Shown here one piece after another: positions 55,833 through 64,000 of a DNA stretch of 64,000 nt. Source of the stretch: an uncultured virus (IMG/VR IMGVR_UViG_3300025121_000020) (Duplodnaviria > Heunggongvirae > Uroviricota > Caudoviricetes). The first letter of the stretch is position 1. Every line of letters starts with the position of its first letter. The notes below the pieces were generated by a model. That model did no database searches. It was not told where the DNA came from and worked only from the letters and a program-made list of their open reading frames with translations. The position numbers and the translations under genes are program-made. The stretch is taken from IMG/VR virus record IMGVR_UViG_3300025121_000020, one strand, 5' to 3'.

Positions 55833-57794
55833 CTATTGTTGCGCAACGTTTCTTTTTTCCTTTGCCTTGGCGACTAGTGCGCGGATGCGCGCCATGGGGT
55901 CAGGCTTGTCAGCCACAGGCTTGTCAGCCACAGCCTTGTCAGCCACAGCCTTGTCAGCCACAGCCTTGTCAGCCACAGCCTTGTCAGCCTGCCCCTCCGA
56001 CTGCTCTTGCTCGTCAGCCTGCTTACCCAGCCCCGGCACGTGATCCAGCGTCACAGGCCCCGCAGGCACTGGTTTCCCGTCCGGCCCCACCTGCGGCGGC
56101 CCGTCCTGCGCTCCCTTCTGCAGCCCCATGCAGAACTGCACGAGAGCCACCATGTCCTGCCGGATCGGGTAGTTGTACGGGTTCTCCCACCACTTCTTCC
56201 GGTCCGCATCACCGGCCTTTGCCAGCTCTTCCGGCGGCAGGTAGAACCCGTGCGGGGCTTCTCCCGCCTGCTCAACCAGTACCTGGTTCACGGGCCGGAA
56301 CTGCATCTCCTTACTCCAGAGCTCCACGACGCTCTGACGGTCCGGTCCGGGCAGCACCGGATACGCGCGCATGTCCGGGTGCACCGCGACGCGCACGAAG
56401 CGGCTGATGACCGCCGCCATGTGCTTCACATCGCGGACCGTTCCCTCTTCCCGCGCGAAACGGATCCGCATCTCCTCAGACGGTCCTGACAGTCGCGGAC
56501 CACTCGCGGATGGCACCGACCCGTTAATGATCTCCGGGTGTCTCCGGACGATCGCGCCGAACCCAGCGTCAACACGCTCGTCAAGCTTTCCGAACTCCGC
56601 GTCAGCCAGAGGAGGCTTCAGATCGACGGTCTTGATGTCTCCACCGTCTGCCACATGAACAACATGCGGCAACCCTGCCCGCTGGTAACCCTTCGTGGTC
56701 CGGAGATTCTGCAAGAACTCATTGAACCCCTCGTCGTCGTACCCCTCCCCGATCACCGCGATCAGCATCGACGCCCACGCGGCATCGGTAAATTTACGCC
56801 CGTGATAGTCCCAAATCGTCCAAGACATCGCGGCGAACTCCATGCCGAGCTGCAGGTAAGATGGGGGATGCCCAGCCCAGTTGATGTCAGTAGACGTCTG
56901 CATGGGCAGGACGATCAACACGCCGGGCTCCACGGCCCCGTCCACCTGCCCGTCGCGGTAGACCACCCACTCCGCTCGCGGGAGGTCCACAGACACCCTG
57001 TCACGCTTCCAGATCTCGTTGGCCAGTGCCTCAAGCTTTTCCGGATCCGTGATGTTCTGGAGGTTCCTGCCATCCGCCATCAACCCGTTCTTGCCCGTCC
57101 AGCGCCTGACCAGGTCCCAGGCAGGAATTACGACACCCGCGTCACCGGGGCGGCAACCGACGACCTTGTCTCCCTCCCGAAGGATCTCCAGTACCGGGCG
57201 ATTCAGGTCAAAAAAATCCCCGTACAAACCCTCGATCAACTGCTGGAAGCTCAGTGTCGGGGGAGACCTGTAGTCCCCCCCGTGCGGCTCGAGCAGGATC
57301 TCTTCTGCGATGCGAATGACCTTATCGAACCCCTCCGGGTCTGGATCGCCCCTGTTTCGATCCTTGTGCCCCAACCTGATGCCCATCTGGTCGGGGCGGT
57401 CCCTGCGGTTTCCTATCAGGAGTTCGCAACAGGCAGACACCTGCGACACGCACCCCTGCCGGTACTTGACCGCCACAGGACTCTTGCGCCCGTATTGCCG
57501 CAAGTGCGTGTCAGTGATCGGCTCCCGCCAGGCATTGCGCGTGACGCCCATCCCCCCGGCATCTGCCGTCATGTATCGCGGGGCAGAAGGGAGACGACCC
57601 ACGTAAGTGTTTCGAATGAACGAAGACTGCCGCAACCGCTCGATCTGCAAGAGCTGTGGGGTGGCGTCGGTGGCGATGGGGAGCCCGTGCTTGTCGGGCA
57701 CCAGACCGAGACGCTTGAAGTATGCGCGGTTCTCCGGAGGGATAGTCGTGTCCCACGCGTCGATCTTGACTGGCGCTGGCTTTCTTTTCTTCAT
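55833..57794 (-). CDS. Phage portal-like protein (653 aa)
   Basis: ATG 57794 (ATGA overlap). Portal-like succession: 'D.FDLN...EI.R..D...G..P.D...V', 'G.PPS.L.........Y....F', 'DAEF', 'PEIIN'; low-complexity tail. Confidence 0.72.
   Translation of the reverse strand: MKKRKPAPVKIDAWDTTIPPENRAYFKRLGLVPDKHGLPIATDATPQLLQIERLRQSSFIRNTYVGRLPSAPRYMTADAGGMGVTRNAWREPITDTHLRQYGRKSPVAVKYRQGCVSQVSACCELLIGNRRDRPDQMGIRLGHKDRNRGDPDPEGFDKVIRIAEEILLEPHGGDYRSPPTLSFQQLIEGLYGDFFDLNRPVLEILREGDKVVGCRPGDAGVVIPAWDLVRRWTGKNGLMADGRNLQNITDPEKLEALANEIWKRDRVSVDLPRAEWVVYRDGQVDGAVEPGVLIVLPMQTSTDINWAGHPPSYLQLGMEFAAMSWTIWDYHGRKFTDAAWASMLIAVIGEGYDDEGFNEFLQNLRTTKGYQRAGLPHVVHVADGGDIKTVDLKPPLADAEFGKLDERVDAGFGAIVRRHPEIINGSVPSASGPRLSGPSEEMRIRFAREEGTVRDVKHMAAVISRFVRVAVHPDMRAYPVLPGPDRQSVVELWSKEMQFRPVNQVLVEQAGEAPHGFYLPPEELAKAGDADRKKWWENPYNYPIRQDMVALVQFCMGLQKGAQDGPPQVGPDGKPVPAGPVTLDHVPGLGKQADEQEQSEGQADKAVADKAVADKAVADKAVADKPVADKPDPMARIRALVAKAKEKRNVAQQ
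55905..55989. repeat. 15-nt in-frame repeat x~6 (ADKAV/ADKPV) in portal tail
   Basis: CTTGTCAGCCACAG[C/G] units. Confidence 0.95.
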
Positions 57795-58279
57795 TTCGGA
57801 CTCACCAGCCTGACCTCCCGCTTGTACACGGCACCGCAAGCGAGGCACGTGACTTCCCCGTTCTGCCTCCCCACCCCGCCGCACCTGCACTTCTCACGCT
57901 CCGCGGAGAGTTCAGACGCGCACCTGTCGCAGAAAATCGCGTCGTCCGCGTGTCCAGGTACCCGCACCCTGCGCCTCTCCCTGAGCTGCGCATTAGTCTC
58001 GTCGGTCACGGTCTTCGCGCAGCATGCCTTACCGTAAAAAACGTTCTCCCGCGTCTCTGGGTCCACAGCCCACCCTCGCGTCACTTGGGACCGCCGGAGG
58101 GCCTGGATCCTCCCCGCGCGAGACGTCTTCTCGTAGACAGCCTCCACCGTGCGCTGGATCGGGTCGATGGGGTCCTCTACGAGCATCCAGCGCTCTTCCT
58201 GCCGAGGCTGAGAAGTCTGCCCTTCGGTAGGAAGATCGAGTGCGTGGTCGTAGAAGTGGCGGAGTACAAAGCTGTCCAT
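57791..58279 (-). CDS. Cys-rich hypothetical protein upstream of portal
   Basis: 162-aa ORF coupled to the portal start. Confidence 0.65.
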   Translation of the reverse strand: MDSFVLRHFYDHALDLPTEGQTSQPRQEERWMLVEDPIDPIQRTVEAVYEKTSRAGRIQALRRSQVTRGWAVDPETRENVFYGKACCAKTVTDETNAQLRERRRVRVPGHADDAIFCDRCASELSAEREKCRCGGVGRQNGEVTCLACGAVYKREVRLVSPK

Positions 58280-59120
58280 GCTTCACTCTGCCACAAGAGG
58301 AAGGGGTGCGTCAAGGGTTACTCAGCCTTGGGAGAGGTATTTGAGCGTAAATATCTGGAAGGAAGTGAGCTTAAGCTTGATCTCAACGCGTTGCCTTCGC
58401 GAAGCTATCCGAGATTGCACCCCCCTTCGCCACCCTCGCCCGCCTCCGCACATACCCCCTATCCCTCTTACCCCGCATAGGATGTGCCGCCCTGGCGCCG
58501 CTGGCATGCTCCGACGCAGCTCGAATCACTAGATCTTCCGCCGCGCTCAGGATAGCATCGGAGGCTTCACACAGCGAAATAGCACGCATCCCGACTATGA
58601 GCTGTCCCCGGGACCCGCGACGGAGATCTGGGTCTCGCAGAATAGCCGCCACGCTTGGGTAGGCAAGATCCGTGCGCACCGCGAGGTGAACGCGAAGGGT
58701 GACAGGGTTCTTGGTGTGATAGTAGAGGAGGTAGGTCAACGCATACTCCACTCATATCTCGTCTCGCTCCACTTCACGCCCCGTAACCACGCCCGGATCC
58801 TGCGCGCCAGTGACGCTTTCTCGCACACGAAGAATGCGATCTCTCCTTTCTCCAGCGTAGCGACAATGTGCTCGTCAGACACCACTTTTACTTTCTTCTC
58901 AGAAAGGATTGAGTAGACCGCCCGCACGTTGCTCTCTGCGTACGGTAGGGTTACCGTAGTTGCGTCGAATCGTTCGCTCGCTGCACATCCTTCCATCCTT
59001 CGTGATACACGTCGTACGTGTCGCATTCTTTCTCCCTCTCCCCCATACTCATGTACTGCGCAGAACGCCCTTTCGGGTATGTCTGCTTAGATTTCAACAC
59101 ACGTATGCCGTGCTTATTCT

Positions 59121-61490
59121 TCACTCGAACTGCCTCCTCACCTCTTCCCCCGCCCTCTCCGCCCCCACTTCACGCATCATGGCACTCAGGCCCCCATCGA
59201 ACACCTTCCACCCCCTCGTCCACAGCGGCCACACGTTCCAAACCGCGTGCTTACACTCCCTCACGTACCCCGCCGTTCCCCCCTTCTCCCTCCCGTCGTA
59301 GAGCGCGATCGTGCCCTCAGCGTTCCGCGCCACCCACTCGTTCCGCGCGCGCAGAACCCCCTCCCGATACGGACCGGAGCACACCACCTCGACGTGCTCC
59401 GCCTGGCGCAGCAACACCTCATACGCGACACGCGCGTGCTCAGGCCAGACAGCGTCATAGTCGTCGCAGGGGACCGCCGCCGTGAAAGGTATGCTCATCT
59501 TCACACACGCTCGCGCCACGGCTTGATCCCACCCAACGGCCATACCCGTCAGCACCTTTGATGGACGCGTCACGGCCAGAGCTTCCTCCGCCACGCGATC
59601 AAGCCCCACGTCCAGTATGCGGTGCCCGCTCACGGCCAGGACCTTCCCTGGCTTCTGCGCCCCACCGTAGAGTAGCGCCTCGAGCGCCGTCTCCCCCCCT
59701 TGCGCCGCGATCAAGAGTCGCGCGTTCGGACCGACCAACCGCCCCACCCGCACCAGATCGCGGGCGGACGGCGCTCCCACGCATACGACCCTGTCGCGCT
59801 CTTCAAGGAAACGGATCAGTATGTCGACATGACACGCCTCCCCCCTCCCGCAGTGGCACGCGATGCGCATGTCCCGCAGTTCGTCGAGGGCCGCGAGTAG
59901 CGCTGCCAACCTATCAGGCAAGACATTCAACTCCCCGCGAAGCCATGCCCCAAAGTTCCGCAGGGACTCCCCCCGCGTCTTTGTCTGGAAGTCTGCCGCA
60001 CTGTCCGCGAAGTGAGACCACGGGTTGCCGTACACGCTCGGACGCCCCGCATAAACGTCATAGGCGTCGCTCACGTGCACGCGCTTTGCCCTTGCCCTTG
60101 CTCCTGCCACCACACGCATCGCCGCGTGAGTATCCGCGCTCCCCACAGTCAGGACCACCTTGTGCGCCCCCGCCAGCTCGTGCGGTTCCCCGTACGCGAG
60201 TACCTCCGCAGTGTTCCGGTAGAGCCTGGCCTTCCCCGTCTCCACCGATCGGAATTGCAGGTTCCGTACTTCACCCCGCGCGTCCCGAAGCGGCGTCACC
60301 AGATCCGCGCCCTTCTCCCTCGCGTCGACGGTCGCCGGATCCCACCCACAATTTACCGCGTACGCAGACACGGCCTGCGGTACCGCGGCGGGTCCGTCTC
60401 CCTTCTCCGGGAGGAAAGAAAGAACGCACGCCTTCAAACCCTCCAGGTACTTGCGCACGCGTGGGGAGACGTCCTCCCACGCCAACCCCCCGCACCCGCA
60501 CCCCAACGCCGGTACGGCCACCGTGGCAACGTCCCTGCTACTTAGCAACTCCCGCAACGCCGCGAGGCCGCTGTCTACCCACTCCAAGCAGGACGGATCG
60601 CGCCAGTCGTCCTTAGTCGCGATGCCGACCCACCCGGCCTCCTCGCACACGATCGTTCCCGGGCGCGCGTCCCCGCGATCGCACGCGCGCTTGTACACGG
60701 CGAAGAACTCCGGGCACGCCTCCTTTACCTGGAGCGCGATGCCTGCCCCCATCACTCCGACGCAGTTCACCGCGACGACGCGGATGTCCGCAGGGGTAAG
60801 TAAGATGTCCCCCCTGACGCGCACGAACTGCTTGACTTCGCGAAGCGCCGCGCACTCCCCCCACACCGTCGACACGTTCTCTATCGTGGGTGCGGAGCCG
60901 TCCGCGTCGGGGGTGTCATCTACCTCTTCCCCGTCCTCCCTGCTCTCGGCCCACCCTGCGGGCGCGGGGATCTCCTTCCGCATCGCGTCTTCGAGGAAGG
61001 GCAACACGCCCTTCTGCCCCAGGACGGCCTCCGCGTAGTTCCCCGGACCCCCCGACGCCCCGCACAGCGCGTGCTTCCACCGCGACTTCCCCTTCTTGTC
61101 CACGTGGTGCTGCACGCCGTCCCGCCCGCACAGCGGGCAGGTAGAGTCACCTATCCCCAACGCTCGAGCCACGTTGAGCGTGTCCAGGGCAGCGTTCGCC
61201 GCGCTGACCGTGTCCCGCTTCTCTCGACGCAACTTCCCCATCTCCGGCCAGAGGCGGCGCGTCTTCCCCGTCCGCTCCCAGTACGACAGAAACGTGATCC
61301 AGCGGTCGTCGCTCAGCTCTGGGATTTCCATGTTGGTCTTGATTTCACGGTTGAACGCCTCCCAGAGGACGCGGTCGAATGGCGTGACTTCGAGGGCGGG
61401 AACGGAGACGCGGTCCTGCCAGCACCGGAGGAGCCAGCGGCAGCGATCTGCGGGACGAAGGGTGGAAGGGTACTCGACGGTGCCTGTCAT
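59121..61490 (-). CDS. Multidomain protein: Macro (DarG-like) + primase/TOPRIM-like remnant + DUF4326 + YspA/SLOG
   Basis: GDI....VNCVGVMGAGIA.Q.K...TK..WR.PS...VPALGCG.GGL.W; PLRD..G.V.NLQ.R; VYAGRPS.YGNP...CHC...CH.DIL; SGHR...GMAVGWD...RNEW......ALYDG..GGT. Confidence 0.88.
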   Translation of the reverse strand: MTGTVEYPSTLRPADRCRWLLRCWQDRVSVPALEVTPFDRVLWEAFNREIKTNMEIPELSDDRWITFLSYWERTGKTRRLWPEMGKLRREKRDTVSAANAALDTLNVARALGIGDSTCPLCGRDGVQHHVDKKGKSRWKHALCGASGGPGNYAEAVLGQKGVLPFLEDAMRKEIPAPAGWAESREDGEEVDDTPDADGSAPTIENVSTVWGECAALREVKQFVRVRGDILLTPADIRVVAVNCVGVMGAGIALQVKEACPEFFAVYKRACDRGDARPGTIVCEEAGWVGIATKDDWRDPSCLEWVDSGLAALRELLSSRDVATVAVPALGCGCGGLAWEDVSPRVRKYLEGLKACVLSFLPEKGDGPAAVPQAVSAYAVNCGWDPATVDAREKGADLVTPLRDARGEVRNLQFRSVETGKARLYRNTAEVLAYGEPHELAGAHKVVLTVGSADTHAAMRVVAGARARAKRVHVSDAYDVYAGRPSVYGNPWSHFADSAADFQTKTRGESLRNFGAWLRGELNVLPDRLAALLAALDELRDMRIACHCGRGEACHVDILIRFLEERDRVVCVGAPSARDLVRVGRLVGPNARLLIAAQGGETALEALLYGGAQKPGKVLAVSGHRILDVGLDRVAEEALAVTRPSKVLTGMAVGWDQAVARACVKMSIPFTAAVPCDDYDAVWPEHARVAYEVLLRQAEHVEVVCSGPYREGVLRARNEWVARNAEGTIALYDGREKGGTAGYVRECKHAVWNVWPLWTRGWKVFDGGLSAMMREVGAERAGEEVRRQFE

Positions 61491-62002
61491 TCTTCCTCCC
61501 CGAGCATGTAAATTCGCAGTATTTCCACTTCCGCGCCCCCACCCTCCTTCGCAAGAGGTATGAGAGGGATAAAGCCTTCTACTGCAGCGTCAATGACATC
61601 AGCCATGGCGTCAATCGCACTACCCCCCTTCACGTCTCCCGCACGTAAAGCACATGCAGCGGAGAAGCGAAAAATCTCTCTAATGACTAAAGCATCCGCC
61701 CTCCGCATCTCCCCCATCGCCACTAACCTTGTGGTCCGGATTGCGGCACAAAGCGGCCACATTTCTGGACAGTTACGCTTGAGCGACAATAGCACCCTTT
61801 CCGCAAACGCAGCAATAGCCATCAACCTGTCCACAAAAGATAGGCACCGCAACCCCGCCCATACCCGATGTCTCGCCGGAATAGCAAGGTCCAGCAGTTC
61901 GATGGGATTTTTACCCTCCCCAACAAGCGTCTTGACGTGTTCCTCCGTATACGTAGGGCACGGCTTCCAATCCATTATTTGCTCTACTGTAACTTTTCTC
62001 AC
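61487..62002 (-). CDS. Hypothetical protein
   Basis: Coupled at both ends in operon. Confidence 0.65.
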   Translation of the reverse strand: MRKVTVEQIMDWKPCPTYTEEHVKTLVGEGKNPIELLDLAIPARHRVWAGLRCLSFVDRLMAIAAFAERVLLSLKRNCPEMWPLCAAIRTTRLVAMGEMRRADALVIREIFRFSAACALRAGDVKGGSAIDAMADVIDAAVEGFIPLIPLAKEGGGAEVEILRIYMLGEEE

Positions 62003-62340
62003 TCCAGCATCTCCAACACTTCGGAGGACAAGCCTGTATCTTGATCGACCAAGTCGTCAATGTTCTCCTGATCCGCCCACCAGCGCTTCAGGATCAGAGT
62101 GCCCGCATCCTCATCCTCCTGATACACCTCGCTGTCTTCGTCGATTACGGACTGCGGAACCCACCTGGTCTTGCCGTTCGAGAAACGGACTAAGAGAGCG
62201 AGACGGGTCAGCTTGACGCCCACGCAATTCTCGTAAGAGGATGTTTCGTCGTGCTGAGAGAACGCTTCCTCATGTTGGGAAGAATCCTCGAACCAGTTCA
62301 AACCCATGCGGTATCCTTTCTCAGAGATCGGCAGATTCAC
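61999..62340 (-). CDS. Hypothetical acidic protein
   Basis: 'W.P.SVI..DSEV......GTL....W' small phage-type protein; start uncertain. Confidence 0.6.
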   Translation of the reverse strand: MNLPISEKGYRMGLNWFEDSSQHEEAFSQHDETSSYENCVGVKLTRLALLVRFSNGKTRWVPQSVIDEDSEVYQEDEDAGTLILKRWWADQENIDDLVDQDTGLSSEVLEMLE

Positions 62341-62837
62341 CGTGGACGGATCGTAACCATCGGAAAGTAAATCTGTGCATGACCGCCCCGAAAAATCGAG
62401 TCTCGTTTTTGTAAGTGTCCGTAAACAAAGAGCCCCTGACCCTGCTGTGACCCTTATCTATGCACAATTCTACTTGAGAAATAGGGGGCAATCTCCCGAT
62501 CTCTGTTTCTCTAAGTAGAACAGAGCAGCGCGGCGTACCCAGAAAAGCACCCTCACGCGCGCAAGAAACAGATCAAGAATTCGGAGTATGATAGCGCGCG
62601 TGAGGAGCTTACTCCCCCACTCTACCCACTCTTCCCTTCCCTCGTCAACACAATTGAGCATAATCATATTTATCTTTTTTTAAGAACTAGAACTCTCTCA
62701 CATATTTAAGATTCTGTCAACCAAAATCTTCTTCAGATACGCACTCTTCTGTGCGATACTCCAACTTGGAATAGCTTAACTCGCTCGTACGGGGCGTATA
62801 CCCCCGTTTCATTTCTGCCTGATGGAAAGGAATTCCC

Positions 62838-64000
62838 ATGTCCAGCGCTCTGACTGAATCACAGCAAGACTACCTCAACGGGGACGAGGGCGTTCCCTCT
62901 CCCTTCACAGGGGCCTACACGTCCCCGTTCCTCGGTGGATTCCGGTTCGGTGACCACCTCACCGCACTCCGGAATGACATCCTCAGCACGGGATTCGCCG
63001 CCGCCCGAAACGTCGAGACGCTCGCGGCAACGAAGGTCCTCGTGATCGCCGACAGCGCAATCCAGGTCCTGGATCCCGACGGCAGCACGCGCCTCGTGAC
63101 GCTGCCCGCCGAAGCGCTCGCGGTCGACCGATGGTTCATGGTCTACAACGCAGCAGGTGCACTCGGTGAGCTGCTCACAGTGCGCGACGATACGCCGACG
63201 AACATCCGCTCCCTGGACGCGGGAGAGTGGGGTATGTTCGCGTGCGATGGTACGACCTGGGTGCTCGCCGGGATGGGGCACGTCGACTTCGGCGCGCTCG
63301 GCATCAAGATGGACGCCTTCACACACTCCACCACCGCGACCGGCATCGACGGAGCGCTCGCGGACAACGTCGCGAATGCCTTCCGACTGCTCGAGGCCGC
63401 GACCGAGTTCTTCGCCGTGTCCACAGCCAACAGCGCCGAGCGCGTCCGCGTCGGAAAGCCCCTCGCACTGACCCTCGCGCAGAACGTGGAGACCCTCACG
63501 GGGGCCAAGGTCCTGGTCGCCACCGACTCCCAGAACCAGAAACTCGACCCGGGCGGCGCAAGTCGAAACGTCACCCTCCCCGCGGAAGCGACGTCAAGCG
63601 GCCTGTGGTACTGGATCTTCAATTCCGCCGACGTGCTGGGTGAACTGCTCACGGTGCGAGACGACACCCCCACCACCCTCGTCATCCTGGACGCGGGGGA
63701 GGGATGCCTGGTCAAGTGCAACGGCACCAACTGGCACTCGGTGCTCGAGACCTATCGGGACTTCGCCGCGCTCGGCATCAAAACCGATACCATCGACGAG
63801 TCGACCGCTGGCGCCGCGATCAGCCTGGTCAAGGCCCTCTGTCTGGCAGAAGGCACGGGCGTCAACCTCGAGACCCTCGCGGGTCCCAAGGTGCTAGTGA
63901 TCGCCGACGCGCAGTTCCAGGTTCTGGACCCTGACTCCGCCCCCCGCGTGCTCACCCTGCCCGCCGCGAAGACCGGGCTGTTCTACTGGGTCTTCAACAC
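62838..64000 (+). CDS. Structural fibre/decoration-like protein with >=3 repeated ~85-aa domains (3'-truncated; absent from ORF track)
   Basis: AAGGA SD, MSSALTESQQDYLNG...; repeats N[VL]ETL...KVLV..D...Q.LDP....R..TLPA......W/F...N....GELLTVRDD...LDAGE.....C.GT.W. Confidence 0.8.
   Translation, partial: MSSALTESQQDYLNGDEGVPSPFTGAYTSPFLGGFRFGDHLTALRNDILSTGFAAARNVETLAATKVLVIADSAIQVLDPDGSTRLVTLPAEALAVDRWFMVYNAAGALGELLTVRDDTPTNIRSLDAGEWGMFACDGTTWVLAGMGHVDFGALGIKMDAFTHSTTATGIDGALADNVANAFRLLEAATEFFAVSTANSAERVRVGKPLALTLAQNVETLTGAKVLVATDSQNQKLDPGGASRNVTLPAEATSSGLWYWIFNSADVLGELLTVRDDTPTTLVILDAGEGCLVKCNGTNWHSVLETYRDFAALGIKTDTIDESTAGAAISLVKALCLAEGTGVNLETLAGPKVLVIADAQFQVLDPDSAPRVLTLPAAKTGLFYWVFN

Noticed and set aside
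1..55989. Tandem arrays as CRISPR arrays
   Set aside because: Units are 10-15 nt and directly adjacent, with no unique spacers; no cas genes seen.
797..58037. Many long plus-strand ORFs (e.g. 1714..2655, 39634..40851, 50089..51297, 56538..58037)
   Set aside because: Antisense shadows of minus-strand genes in GC-rich DNA; no recognisable motifs.

Overview
GC-rich segment of a large tailed-phage (jumbo-like) genome or prophage. A Myxococcota/deltaproteobacterial-type host is inferred weakly from an Asp/Cys 'MopE-like' repeat protein. It carries a portal-like gene, a phage tmRNA, a solo tnpB, a DarB-like methylase-helicase, a radical SAM enzyme, a pyrimidine-dimer glycosylase, a PP2C phosphatase, two SSB-like genes, a Macro-DUF4326-SLOG fusion and many small accessory genes. 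More than half of the window (about 35 kb, 12 minus-strand ORFs downstream of and co-oriented with the portal) encodes a family of modular proteins. They share recurring leader modules (xLKG followed by 'IPD..IDGWIT.PS..HR.RVPI', or 'WV.LG.GE..KH.PIVDGKIG') fused to different payloads: SNF2 helicase, LPD1/LPD5, HExxH metallopeptidases, two ART-like domains, inorganic pyrophosphatase, a kinase-like domain and an encapsulated-ferritin-like domain. My best candidate for an undescribed system is a signal-directed, possibly KG-processed, capsid-cargo arsenal, with matching 'eraser' enzymes encoded elsewhere. All domain calls are by-eye motif recognition, not database searches.
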